Virus record (IMG/VR): IMGVR_UViG_3300045919_000425
Coordinates: 97,199-158,938 of that record
DNA length: 61,740 bases
Reading direction: 5' to 3' (one strand)
Source: a virus
Taxonomy: Duplodnaviria; Heunggongvirae; Uroviricota; Caudoviricetes
Position 1 is the stretch's first letter. Each line of letters opens with the position of its first letter. Positions 43,020 to 52,598 of the stretch are shown piece after piece. The notes beneath the pieces were generated by a model that was not told the DNA's origin, searched no databases, and worked only from the letters and a program-made list of their open reading frames with translations. A program made the translations under genes and the position numbers.

Positions 43020-43418
43020 ATGCAAGAACTAGAAGAAGAGTTAGATTACAAAAAATACAAAGATTTATATAAATTAGATATTTCCAGTAAAACGGTTAAT
43101 TTCAATATCAGGGTAAAAGATGAGTACACTGGCCAGTCTTATTCCGGTGATTTTGAGATGAAACTTTTTTTAAATCTCGGTGAAAGATCTGTAAAGGCCA
43201 GAGAAGCGACTCGAAGGAATTTAGATATAGATCCATTCGACCAAATATTTAGATTCAATAGCATAATCTGTGAGCTTAAGGTTCATTGCCTTAATTGTCC
43301 AGATTGGTTCAAGAATGAGGAACCGTTTAATATGGTAGGAATTCAGCCGATTGAACAGATCTTCATTTTATTAAGCGCAGCACAGAAAGAATACAAAGAG
43401 CGAGTTGTCAACGTCTAA
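43020..43418 (+). CDS. Putative tail assembly chaperone (G-like)
   Basis: YSGDFEMK..IICELKVHCLNCPDWF pattern; directly before TMP; start moved to MQELE after AAGGA. Confidence 0.5.
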   Translation: MQELEEELDYKKYKDLYKLDISSKTVNFNIRVKDEYTGQSYSGDFEMKLFLNLGERSVKAREATRRNLDIDPFDQIFRFNSIICELKVHCLNCPDWFKNEEPFNMVGIQPIEQIFILLSAAQKEYKERVVNV

Positions 43419-43470
43419 AATTCCTAGATAATGCTTGATGATGATAAATACAAATCAAGCATTAGGAATT
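43419..43470 (+). promoter_or_regulatory. Hairpin sequestering the TMP ribosome-binding site
   Basis: aattcct..aatgcttgat (43419-43439) pairs with atcaagcatt-aggaatt (43454-43470); AGGA is in the 3' arm and ATG is at 43475. Confidence 0.6.
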
Positions 43471-43474
43471 AACA

Positions 43475-46400
43475 ATGGCAAATTCAGATGACATATTTCG
43501 CTCCATAACTTCCGGTTCCAAAGAGGCAGGCGAAGCGTTACGCAAGACTATTGATCTATTTCGTCAATTAAATTCTATGGCATCAAAAGGAGTATTCTCT
43601 AATCCTTCTTTTGGTGGCATTCCTATCCCTGGTACATCTTCCACTAATTCCAGCCTAATTCGTGCTCTTTCTAATATGAATTCAGGCAGATCTATAAATA
43701 ATGTAATGTCTGGTTCGGCATTTTCTATACCTCCGCCTACTTTTGTGCCACCACCATTATTCACTCCATCAGGCAATGCTCAAATAGATAAAATATTGTC
43801 TTCTGCCGCTTATTCTTCTAGTATCCCTGGAGCAAAGCTAGGAAAGCTATATCAAGGGATGACAGGAGTAGCAAGAAACCCCCTCATCCCCCCATTAGAG
43901 AGAGCTAAGGCTCTGGAAAATTTCCTAGATATTACCAACAAGCGTGGGATTTCACTAGGCTCCGAACGTTCAGATAAATTAACTTATGGAATGATAGATC
44001 CACTAAAACACACGGCCGCAAGACAGTCTATGCAAGCAGACTATCATCGAGCGATGCAAGAGAGAGATATAACCAAAAGAGCTTCTATGCTTGAGTCGTT
44101 ATCTCAGAATTCTCCTATAAAATCGGGCAGGGATTACGAGTACATTCAACGGGGATTAAACAAGGCAAAACAGTCTGCAAACGACCTTGGATTTCAGAAT
44201 CAGCTTAAGGGGGCAGGAACCCCAACGCAGTTAACTGAGCTTAGATCAGCAGCAGCCGCCTCTAATGTATCAAACCAGTTGCTTGATAGGATTGATAAAA
44301 AGCTAGCAAGGTTAAATGACACTACCGAAAAAGAGCAAAAAAAACAAGAAAGAGATCAAAAGAAGTTCCAAGAGGAACATCCTTACTTAAGTAAGATCCT
44401 ACCTTCACGTCGGGCAGTAGGGTTAGCTGGCGGATTAGCCGCTGTTGGAGGAACAGTACTTAAGTCAGCATATCAATTAACAGGTATGCAGCTTCAGGCT
44501 CCAACTCAGGCAATATTTGCACAGGCTGAGTATGAAAAATCCAGACAAGACAGATTCCTATCATTAGGCGGGGACTATTCAGGAGAGGGTAGGCTCCGTG
44601 GAGCAGGCAACATCCTCCTTGCCGGCAAATCAGCGAATACAGGATTTTTAGGTGCTAACGGTTTTGGGAACGCACTTGGCATGTCAGGAGCCTTAACATC
44701 ACAAGCCGGACAAAGGTCAATTTTAGGTAATCTCGGATCAATCCTTGGTGGCGCAGCAATGACAGTTGGTGGCGGAGCGCTGATGATAGGCGGAGCACCT
44801 ACTGTTGCTGGCGGCATAATGGGCGCTGGTTTATTATCATCAGGTTTATCTATGTTAGGTGGCGGATTATCTGACGCAATGGGAAATAACGCAGTCAGGG
44901 CGACCGGAATACTAGGAAAGGGGATGCAAGAGCAAGGAATTGCTATGCAAAACTCCGAGACATATATCCGAGCTTTAGCGTTACAGCAAGCAGATGTTGA
45001 TAAGAATAGAATCTACTCCCGCCAAATAGATGCCGCAGAAGAACAATATGCGGCGAATAGGGACTCTATTTCCAGGATGGGTGCCAAAGCCTTTACTATG
45101 GGAGCAATGGCAATTCCAGGTGGTGGTATTACGAATTTCTCTCGGTCAGAGGCCGCAAAATACGCAAGCATGGACCCGATGCAAAGAGAAATGATGTTAA
45201 CTGGGAAATTAGCCAGCTCGTTAGGAACCGGAAACACGAGCTGGGACAGAGCCACCTCGCTCGGGATGTCTGGTGCAGAATACACCAGCGCAATTTCTCG
45301 AACACAAATGGCATTAGGTGTAGGCGGAGGTGGTGCGGAGTCTACAGGTAATGCGTTGATTAGGCTTTCCCGGTCAGGCTATGGCTCTATGGAGCAATTA
45401 TTAGGTAATATGTCCTCCCTTTCTTCTTTATCGGGGAAAGGAAATTCATTAGGAGACCTAAAGGCCATTTTAGGCGCTGCGGTAGCTTCTGGTTTTGATG
45501 GCAGTAGGCTGGGTCAAAAATTTGTTGAAACTACTACAAAAGTGGCTTCATCTTTAGGGTTAATGGATGTTTCCTCTGTCGGAAAAAACCTCGGATTTAT
45601 GGCAGGACAGTTTGGGATGGGAGAAAGAGGTCTCTCGTTGGCTGCTTCTGGGATGGAAGGGTTTAATAAGGCCACGTCAACAAACCCATTAATATCTACA
45701 CTGGTAGATGCAAACTTATCGATTCAAGGCAAGTTGGGGGACGCTACGGCATATTCCTTAGCTCATAATAGCCCAGCAAAGCAAGCAGAGACAGTGTCGC
45801 AGGTAGAAGCTATTCGTTCTGGTAAAATGAAGATATCAAACGCTTCTCTTGAAACTCGTGCAGTTATTTATGGGCAAGGCGGACTATCTGGCGCAAAGAA
45901 AATGTTAACCTCTACATTGAATGCAAGTATGCCATTTTTATCTTCTCGTCCTGAACTACTACAGGGGCTTAAGGGACTTAAAGGGGAGGCAATCAATAAG
46001 TATCTGATGAGTTCTAATCCGGCCTTGGGAGGAGAATCAATCCTTGCTCAAGTTCAGAAATTAGAAGGATTCGGCGATGTCGGAACGGCTATGTCAGGAA
46101 TCACAGCATTAGCTATGTCACAAGGGATATTAGCACCAGGCGCAACAGGAGGGCCGTCGACCAAGGGTGCTGATATGTACGCTGCAAATAATATTACAGC
46201 AAGAGCGAAGGCACAGTTTGCAAATCAACTTTCTCGTTCAGGGATGTCGATGCTTGGTCAAACATTAGCCGGAAATGCCTCAACGTCGGGATTAGAAAAC
46301 TCGGCTATTGGTAGGTATTTATCCGCAGCAGGTTCTAGCGGTGCAACAATTGGCGGCGCAGTATTTCATAATATGAAAGAAGTGGAATCTGCAATGAAGC

Positions 46401-46654
46401 TCACAGGGAAATCAGACACCGAGCTAATGGCAATGCAAAAAAGTTCGGCGACTGCTGGAGAAGCAGCACGGGCGTTAGCCTTAAAGGATACAACAGTGAA
46501 TCAACTCGCAGTGCAGGCACAGTCAGAAGCAGTTAGCGATAGCTCTGCACAGTTAGTTAAGCTTGCGCCAGAGTCAATACTAGGGCTTGCCATGGCTATA
46601 GCAGGAGCCTCTTCTTTTAATATTGATAAGGATGGCAAAAAGACTGGCAAGTAA
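43475..46654 (+). CDS. Tape measure protein
   Basis: 1059 aa, A/G/S/L/M-rich helical, hydrophobic GGAALM stretches, follows chaperones. Confidence 0.8.
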   Translation: MANSDDIFRSITSGSKEAGEALRKTIDLFRQLNSMASKGVFSNPSFGGIPIPGTSSTNSSLIRALSNMNSGRSINNVMSGSAFSIPPPTFVPPPLFTPSGNAQIDKILSSAAYSSSIPGAKLGKLYQGMTGVARNPLIPPLERAKALENFLDITNKRGISLGSERSDKLTYGMIDPLKHTAARQSMQADYHRAMQERDITKRASMLESLSQNSPIKSGRDYEYIQRGLNKAKQSANDLGFQNQLKGAGTPTQLTELRSAAAASNVSNQLLDRIDKKLARLNDTTEKEQKKQERDQKKFQEEHPYLSKILPSRRAVGLAGGLAAVGGTVLKSAYQLTGMQLQAPTQAIFAQAEYEKSRQDRFLSLGGDYSGEGRLRGAGNILLAGKSANTGFLGANGFGNALGMSGALTSQAGQRSILGNLGSILGGAAMTVGGGALMIGGAPTVAGGIMGAGLLSSGLSMLGGGLSDAMGNNAVRATGILGKGMQEQGIAMQNSETYIRALALQQADVDKNRIYSRQIDAAEEQYAANRDSISRMGAKAFTMGAMAIPGGGITNFSRSEAAKYASMDPMQREMMLTGKLASSLGTGNTSWDRATSLGMSGAEYTSAISRTQMALGVGGGGAESTGNALIRLSRSGYGSMEQLLGNMSSLSSLSGKGNSLGDLKAILGAAVASGFDGSRLGQKFVETTTKVASSLGLMDVSSVGKNLGFMAGQFGMGERGLSLAASGMEGFNKATSTNPLISTLVDANLSIQGKLGDATAYSLAHNSPAKQAETVSQVEAIRSGKMKISNASLETRAVIYGQGGLSGAKKMLTSTLNASMPFLSSRPELLQGLKGLKGEAINKYLMSSNPALGGESILAQVQKLEGFGDVGTAMSGITALAMSQGILAPGATGGPSTKGADMYAANNITARAKAQFANQLSRSGMSMLGQTLAGNASTSGLENSAIGRYLSAAGSSGATIGGAVFHNMKEVESAMKLTGKSDTELMAMQKSSATAGEAARALALKDTTVNQLAVQAQSEAVSDSSAQLVKLAPESILGLAMAIAGASSFNIDKDGKKTGK

Positions 46655-46655
46655 G

Positions 46656-46684
46656 TTGACTTTCTGGTTAATCACTGCTATGAT
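46656..46684 (+). promoter_or_regulatory. sigma70-like promoter inside the tail module
   Basis: TTGACT-N17-TATGAT, TG extension, GTTAA in spacer. Confidence 0.75.
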
Positions 46685-46705
46685 GATTTAGAAAGTGAGG
46701 TACTT

Positions 46706-46942
46706 ATGGGAAAGAGTCTGGTCTTATATAAGTTAAATGAGCAGTGCGTCGTAATGGTTCCATTTAGAAGTATTTTGATGGCTCGAGTCCAGCAGGACAC
46801 AATTACTATTTCAATTAAGCATCGTGCGGATTTCACTTTTTCTAACACCGATATTATTAACTTCACAGAAGCGAAAAAATCATTGATTGATTATTTTCAG
46901 GATGGAATTTTAATCAACAAAGGAGAGACTCTTGGCAATTAA
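46706..46942 (+). CDS. Small hypothetical gene inserted between TMP and hub
   Basis: Own promoter and GAGG RBS. Confidence 0.6.
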   Translation: MGKSLVLYKLNEQCVVMVPFRSILMARVQQDTITISIKHRADFTFSNTDIINFTEAKKSLIDYFQDGILINKGETLGN

Positions 46943-48869
46943 CGAACAATTCACAGAAAATATAGCAAACGACGCAGCACTAATAGTCTACCCGTTTACT
47001 CAGGAATTCCCAATACAACAAAGAACTCCAGGAATTTCAGAGATCGATATGACAACAAAGCCAGCAGTTTTAATCTCTCTCGGGGCTATTAATGCCGGCT
47101 TTACTAGGTCAAAGAAGATAGGCTCCATGGAGGTTTCTTATAAGGGATACGTAGATTCGGACGCTGTTAGGCCGGGTAATTGGGTAGTTTTTAAAACATC
47201 GGCCTCTGGAAAAATTAAGGATTACATTAAGGATGGTATTCCGAGATTTATCGGTCAAATTTATTCAGTAATACCTGATTATTATGTAGATGGTAATGGG
47301 AAAAAGAGCCGGATAATTAAAATATCCATAAGGGAATGGTCTCATGTATTGTTCTGTCCTGTGCGATATGATCAATACGCAACAGCCGGGCAAGGAACAG
47401 CGTCGACAGTTTCTAATATTAAATCCGACTCTGTTCCTATTTCCCCTTCTTCACCTAAGAGTTCTCAGTCTGGTAGTAACTATAGCTATCAGAAAGAAAA
47501 AACGACTATTTCTATTCCGCCAGAACAGAATAAGGTAGTCGAACCTATTGATACTGCACCGTCTGTAGAGTCTATTTTTGCACATTTCCGGCAGCCTTTT
47601 CAGTATGTTTTGAGTATTCTCGCTCTTGTATCGAATATGTCCAAGAATATTGATTCAGTAACAGCCGCCATTGGCCAAAAGAATGTTGAAGATATTGTTC
47701 ATGCGTTTTCTAGCACTTATAAGGTGAATATGCGAATGCCCGGTATTCCAACACAATTAGTGGCAGATCACATCTACACTACTGATGACATAGGAAACTA
47801 TGATCCATTAGCTCCAATGACAACAGGATTTCTTTGGCCGATTATCGGGGTACAGAAGTGGGATCAGAATCCCACAGCATTTGACAGTGAGACAGGTTTA
47901 TATGATATGTCGCAGTTTAGAGGATCTGATATCACTAAGCTAACATATGCCCCAAAGGAAGCATTAAGGCCAGGAGCTTTCCTAAGTCCAAGAACAATAG
48001 CATCAGGAATTACTGTGGATTCTATTTTAAATGAGATTTGCGATCCATCGTCATATGATTACTACACAGATATGGTTTATACGACTGATTTTGATGGGTC
48101 AATAAAGGCGTGCCCATTGTTAATAGTTCGAGATATACCATACTCACTTAAGAATTATAAGGAAGTATTCCCTGCTTCAACTAATTCGCAATTTAAGTGG
48201 ACATTTTATGATGATTTACCAAGAACAACGATTAGGCTTTCTAGTATTTTGCGTATTCCAATAACACAAAACATCCTAGAGTCTCCAACATATATCAGGG
48301 TTGTGCCGAATTCAAATGGAGTAATGACGGGGGCAACTCAGTCTATCGCTACTTTTAATGGTACAGCAACGATACCTTCGCTACAGTACAGATTCGGTGG
48401 TAAGGAAATGGTGATCACCACATATGCTGGTGTCGTAACTCCGAAAGGTGATGGAGTTACTGTGGATTACATTCCACAGTGGATGGAGGAGTTACGCAAC
48501 AGAGCTGTTGAGTGGCATTGCAATTTACATTTATGGGTAAAAGCAACCCTAATTTTGAAAGATTCTGATTATTTAATATCTGTTGGTTCTAATGTGAGAA
48601 TACCATTAGGAGAAGATAAGCCTGTTATTGTTGGCCATGTGGACTCAATAGATTATCGAATGAAAATGGAAGACACGGGTCAAATCACTAATCAGATTAT
48701 TGTGAGCCTCTCCAGAGTAGGAATGCAGGAAATTTCAGACTCCCTCAGAAATACGGGGAATATATCACCACTTCCTCCAGGGTATATTACAGACTTATTT
48801 ACTCTGGATAATACTGTTCAGGATGGATTAATGTATATGGTTCAGGCAGAACAGCCTGTCGCAAGGTAA
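46932..48869 (+). CDS. Baseplate hub-like protein
   Basis: AVRPGNWVVF..FIGQIYSV, DILILKDSDYL-like ATLILKDSDYLISVGSNVRI, GHVDSIDY; after TMP and before spike; TTG start after AAGGAG. Confidence 0.6.
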   Translation: MAINEQFTENIANDAALIVYPFTQEFPIQQRTPGISEIDMTTKPAVLISLGAINAGFTRSKKIGSMEVSYKGYVDSDAVRPGNWVVFKTSASGKIKDYIKDGIPRFIGQIYSVIPDYYVDGNGKKSRIIKISIREWSHVLFCPVRYDQYATAGQGTASTVSNIKSDSVPISPSSPKSSQSGSNYSYQKEKTTISIPPEQNKVVEPIDTAPSVESIFAHFRQPFQYVLSILALVSNMSKNIDSVTAAIGQKNVEDIVHAFSSTYKVNMRMPGIPTQLVADHIYTTDDIGNYDPLAPMTTGFLWPIIGVQKWDQNPTAFDSETGLYDMSQFRGSDITKLTYAPKEALRPGAFLSPRTIASGITVDSILNEICDPSSYDYYTDMVYTTDFDGSIKACPLLIVRDIPYSLKNYKEVFPASTNSQFKWTFYDDLPRTTIRLSSILRIPITQNILESPTYIRVVPNSNGVMTGATQSIATFNGTATIPSLQYRFGGKEMVITTYAGVVTPKGDGVTVDYIPQWMEELRNRAVEWHCNLHLWVKATLILKDSDYLISVGSNVRIPLGEDKPVIVGHVDSIDYRMKMEDTGQITNQIIVSLSRVGMQEISDSLRNTGNISPLPPGYITDLFTLDNTVQDGLMYMVQAEQPVAR

Positions 48870-48877
48870 GGAGAATT

Positions 48878-50050
48878 ATGATTTATTATGGTGAAATTAT
48901 TTGCAGTTATCCTCCATCGGATACTAGGAATAAGTACAAGCTCAGGCAAGAATACAGTGTTAAATTGTTAATGGACTCCAGTGCGCCAATCATATCTAAT
49001 GTTGTTATGTTAAGTGATAACGAAGGCGTAGATGACTTTACTGAGGTAGTATTAAGAGGGTCTCGTGATGATGGAGGAAGGGGCGGATACTTAGCCGCAA
49101 CAATAGAGGAAGACAGCCTAATGGCAGGAGTTAGGGTTGTTGTGGGTTTTCCTGGAGGTAGCGGGCAGGAAAACCTTTATTGTGGGTTTATTTTAGGCTG
49201 CTTGCCTCATATTAGTAATGTGATATCACAAAATCCAAGCAAGCTAAACACACTACCAGCAATAATTCAAGCAAATGCAAAGCCCCAATTCAGGAAAAAG
49301 ATGAATGGAATTTTGCATTCAATTGACTCACTTGGGCAGTTAAGATTCCAATACAATGGCATCGCTAAGATTAACCCAAACAAAGATCCACTAAGAGAAA
49401 TTCCACAGGTTTCATCTGTTGGGAATATGACCATGGATTTTTTACAGAAAAGCGTGTTTCGTTTAGTGGATAACAACCATCAGGCAGTGGTTGTTGATTC
49501 ATTCGGCCAGTTTGTGTCCGTTAATAACACAACCGAACCACCGAAACCTACTTATGGATCTGAAGAGAAGTTGGTGATCAACGAAGTATCAGGATTAAGC
49601 AAGCCTATAGGTCAAGAAGTTAGATTAGATAAATCAAGTAGCACTCTTTTTTTACGTTCGTCGGATAAGATAGTAGCAGTGTGTAATGATGAAACTATGA
49701 AAAATGAATCACTATTGGTAGACTCTAAAAATATTACAATGAAGGATAATAATGGCTCCACTGTTTCTATTACCGGTGGAAATATTACAACAGAAAGTAA
49801 TAATTTAACCCAAAAGGCTAGTTCTATTACACTAAAAGACACAGCAGCGGCCAGCTTGAAAATTGCAGGCGGTAAAGTCTCTCTTGGAACCGGAGCCGCC
49901 GAAGTTATCACCTTAGCAATCCAAACTATTGACGATATTCTAACAAGTACGCCATTAGCAATATCTGCTGTAGGTCCATGCCAAGCTTCACCCGCCTTAA
50001 TAGCTTCTCTAACAGTAACAAAAACTCTACTTTCAACGATCAAGTTTTGA
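48878..50050 (+). CDS. Baseplate central spike (gp5/VgrG-like)
   Basis: N-terminal OB-like GVRVVVGFPGG..GFILGCL; beta-helix-like ITMKDNNGSTVSITGGNIT. Confidence 0.65.
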   Translation: MIYYGEIICSYPPSDTRNKYKLRQEYSVKLLMDSSAPIISNVVMLSDNEGVDDFTEVVLRGSRDDGGRGGYLAATIEEDSLMAGVRVVVGFPGGSGQENLYCGFILGCLPHISNVISQNPSKLNTLPAIIQANAKPQFRKKMNGILHSIDSLGQLRFQYNGIAKINPNKDPLREIPQVSSVGNMTMDFLQKSVFRLVDNNHQAVVVDSFGQFVSVNNTTEPPKPTYGSEEKLVINEVSGLSKPIGQEVRLDKSSSTLFLRSSDKIVAVCNDETMKNESLLVDSKNITMKDNNGSTVSITGGNITTESNNLTQKASSITLKDTAAASLKIAGGKVSLGTGAAEVITLAIQTIDDILTSTPLAISAVGPCQASPALIASLTVTKTLLSTIKF

Positions 50051-50053
50051 TAC

Positions 50054-50082
50054 TTGACAACTGGTTAATACTCTGATAGATT
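50054..50082 (+). promoter_or_regulatory. sigma70-like promoter
   Basis: TTGACA-N17-TAGATT, TG extension, GTTAA in spacer. Confidence 0.78.
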
Positions 50083-50102
50083 ATTTGAAGGAGGAATAAT
50101 CT

Positions 50103-50459
50103 ATGAGAATGAAAGTCTACCGAATAGAGAATATTTTTAATGAGGGGCCTTATAGTTCTGGGGAGCAAAAGCTCTGGAGGAGAAGATCTCACGGTGGAGT
50201 TTCACATCCAGAGCCACAAGAAGACCTGATTAATGGATTCAAGAAAGGTCCTCATTTTTGTGGATTCTCCTCTATGCAACATTTATTTCAGTGGTTCGCA
50301 AAAACTGAGTTACTCAGATTACATGATTTAGGTTTCAGGATTCAGGTTTACTCAGTAGATTCAAAATATGTCAGGTTGGGAGTAAAGCAGGTAGTTTTCA
50401 CGCATTCTAAAGCTAAAGCAATTGGAAAGGGAAGAGCTATTACAGAGGAATTAAAATGA
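50103..50459 (+). CDS. Conserved-looking phage protein, possibly ADP-ribosyltransferase fold
   Basis: VYRIEN..GPY..HPEPQED..FCGFSS..LFQWF..QVVF. Confidence 0.55.
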   Translation: MRMKVYRIENIFNEGPYSSGEQKLWRRRSHGGVSHPEPQEDLINGFKKGPHFCGFSSMQHLFQWFAKTELLRLHDLGFRIQVYSVDSKYVRLGVKQVVFTHSKAKAIGKGRAITEELK

Positions 50460-50653
50460 AGAAAAGTATCGATAGTGATTATTTATATGATGAGGTTTAC
50501 TGGAAACTCAATTACACTAATACTGAATCATTTTCAACCAGGTGGGATGATTATGAGGAATTTATCGTTGATGTAACTGAGCGTGGCTTAATATATCAAG
50601 ATATGGATGGGGATTTTTGGGCATTAATGGATTCATGGGAGGGAATGATATGA
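50456..50653 (+). CDS. Hypothetical acidic protein
   Basis: ATGA overlaps on both sides. Confidence 0.55.
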   Translation: MKKSIDSDYLYDEVYWKLNYTNTESFSTRWDDYEEFIVDVTERGLIYQDMDGDFWALMDSWEGMI

Positions 50654-51162
50654 TTCAATCGATAAACACCGAAGATATGAAAGTGGGAGATACTTTCTTT
50701 GTTTTACCTCGGGGTGATTTACTGAGTGCAATGAAAAGAGTCAGGAAGTTAGAAGTCACTTCTATTGATTTCTTGTACGAAAAAGTGAAAGATCCGAGAT
50801 ATAAGCAACCAAATGCACCGCTTTTAAGGTATGATATCAAGGCAAAGGAATTAATATCTCCAGTTAAGATTTCTGAGAAAGAAATCTGTTATGCAGCGTA
50901 TCATGGGCACGTTTTCATTCCAAATAACGGAACCATTCAGACAACGCCAGTAAATAAAATGACTATCAGATTTTCATCGTTTGAAGCTTTGAAGTGTTAC
51001 TTGGTTTTACAATCATTCAATCAAACGAATGAAATTAAGGAGAATATCAGGAAAGCAGAACAAGAGTTATTTCAAATGAGATTAGATGTGAACAAGTACG
51101 AATCAGAGTGTAAGGAGGTGATAGGATCCTTAAATCTCCTTAAAAAGGGGCTAAAAGAATGA
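50650..51162 (+). CDS. Hypothetical protein
   Basis: ATGA-coupled; start moved to MIQSI; C-terminal coiled coil. Confidence 0.6.
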   Translation: MIQSINTEDMKVGDTFFVLPRGDLLSAMKRVRKLEVTSIDFLYEKVKDPRYKQPNAPLLRYDIKAKELISPVKISEKEICYAAYHGHVFIPNNGTIQTTPVNKMTIRFSSFEALKCYLVLQSFNQTNEIKENIRKAEQELFQMRLDVNKYESECKEVIGSLNLLKKGLKE

Positions 51163-51704
51163 CAATTCCCAGTCTCATAGTGTTCGAGAATTCACTTCTG
51201 GCATTACCCCTAATCAGTGCATCTGATTACACAAATATTGCTGGATGGATTGCGAGTAATACTAACAGTTTAATGTGGCTAACTAATATTCTCCCAACAT
51301 CAGGGATTGTTTTTACTTTCAATCAATCAGTAATGAAAACACAGATGACCTCAACGTTGGTATTGACAGGAGATTTAGCTGTTGCAGCTTCCAATTTCTT
51401 CACTTGCATGGAAGCTGCAATTATCGCAAGTTTAATGCAGGTTTCATCGGGATCATACTTAGGTTCAAGCTCTCCTGCTACAACATGGAGTGCACCTCCT
51501 GTGTCAGTACCAGATCCAGCTTCTTTAATTTTAGCAAAGTCTTCGGCAGTTTCTTTTATGTCATCAGCGTCTTTAAGTGCTAATCATCCAATACTAGCCA
51601 ATGCTGTTAGGGTTTATTTATCAGCTTTGACTTATACAGTAACAGGGGTTAATTCATTACCAATACCAACTCCATTGGTATCTGCATTAACCCCAGTAAT
51701 ATAG
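51159..51704 (+). CDS. Probable virion structural protein
   Basis: S/A/T/P-rich with few charged residues, like the structural genes and unlike its neighbours. Confidence 0.45.
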   Translation: MTIPSLIVFENSLLALPLISASDYTNIAGWIASNTNSLMWLTNILPTSGIVFTFNQSVMKTQMTSTLVLTGDLAVAASNFFTCMEAAIIASLMQVSSGSYLGSSSPATTWSAPPVSVPDPASLILAKSSAVSFMSSASLSANHPILANAVRVYLSALTYTVTGVNSLPIPTPLVSALTPVI

Positions 51705-51713
51705 GCGGCGAAC

Positions 51714-51920
51714 ATGTACACTGTAGCATACATAAAAGATGATAGACTTGCCACAACACTAGTCTTTTCAGAGATAGGAAGTGCCAAGGCTTTTATGCTT
51801 TCTATAGTGATGTCTCATCCACAATTATTGGCAGCACTGCATGTCATCATCCTTGATCCTGCACTATTTAAACTTAAAAGGACTTTAAATGAAGGAGAAT
51901 TCCGAATAATTGCCCATTAA
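51714..51920 (+). CDS. Hypothetical protein
   Basis: 68-aa ORF with AGGCGG RBS. Confidence 0.5.
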   Translation: MYTVAYIKDDRLATTLVFSEIGSAKAFMLSIVMSHPQLLAALHVIILDPALFKLKRTLNEGEFRIIAH

Positions 51921-51925
51921 TTCCA

Positions 51926-51954
51926 TTGACAGGGAAACAGTTTCCTAATACAAT
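51926..51954 (+). promoter_or_regulatory. sigma70-like promoter with palindromic spacer
   Basis: TTGACA-N17-TACAAT; ggaaac-a-gtttcc within the spacer. Confidence 0.75.
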
Positions 51955-51983
51955 TCAGTAAAAAGAATTTAAAGGGTATTAAC

Positions 51984-52598
51984 ATGCAAGAAAAGGTTCC
52001 TCCGCCGCAGGCAATAAAGCAATCCAAGCTTTCATTAGTAAAAAGCCGCAAGGTTTCTCCATTTATTCCACCAAAAACTCCAAATGAGGAAAATTACAAT
52101 CAAGCTCAGACATCCTGGAAAAAGACATGGAAATTGATCTATATATCATACCTTCCGATGGCATTCTTGGTGGAGTTATTTATCGTTACAATGGCTTATT
52201 CTTGGCCAGCATCAGATATTGTCGGAATAACCAGAACACCTGGTATTATTTCAGGGTTCTGGTTTATGATGTTTTTCCAAGTTTCATTCCCTTTAGCTTC
52301 GATTTTATTAGCTGAGGTTATGAGTATTTTTGCAAAAAAGAAATACGATATAAACTGGGCAATGTATTTGAAAAAAGTTAAGTTCATTCCAGTATTATTC
52401 ACATTATTTTTGCTAGGGGAATCATTCGCCATTATCCTGACATTTGCGTTTCAGATAATAGATTTATTCATTATTGTGGCGAATTTATTCTTTTATTTGA
52501 ATTTCTTCTTTTGTGGATTTATTACGGCAATCTATTGGGTTCTATTCATATTAAGTAGGATGAATCCTTATGAAAGAACCCAGACAGCTAAGTCTTAG
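51984..52598 (+). CDS. Integral membrane protein (about 4 TM helices)
   Basis: Four hydrophobic stretches after a basic N-terminus. Confidence 0.7.
   Translation: MQEKVPPPQAIKQSKLSLVKSRKVSPFIPPKTPNEENYNQAQTSWKKTWKLIYISYLPMAFLVELFIVTMAYSWPASDIVGITRTPGIISGFWFMMFFQVSFPLASILLAEVMSIFAKKKYDINWAMYLKKVKFIPVLFTLFLLGESFAIILTFAFQIIDLFIIVANLFFYLNFFFCGFITAIYWVLFILSRMNPYERTQTAKS

Noticed and set aside
42520-43420. Programmed -1 frameshift between tail chaperones
   Set aside because: No X XXY YYZ slippery site recognised at the ORF ends, and the ORFs are separated by a terminator-like hairpin
43475-46654. Lysozyme or peptidase domain in the tape measure protein
   Set aside because: No transglycosylase, NlpC/P60 or M23 motif recognised
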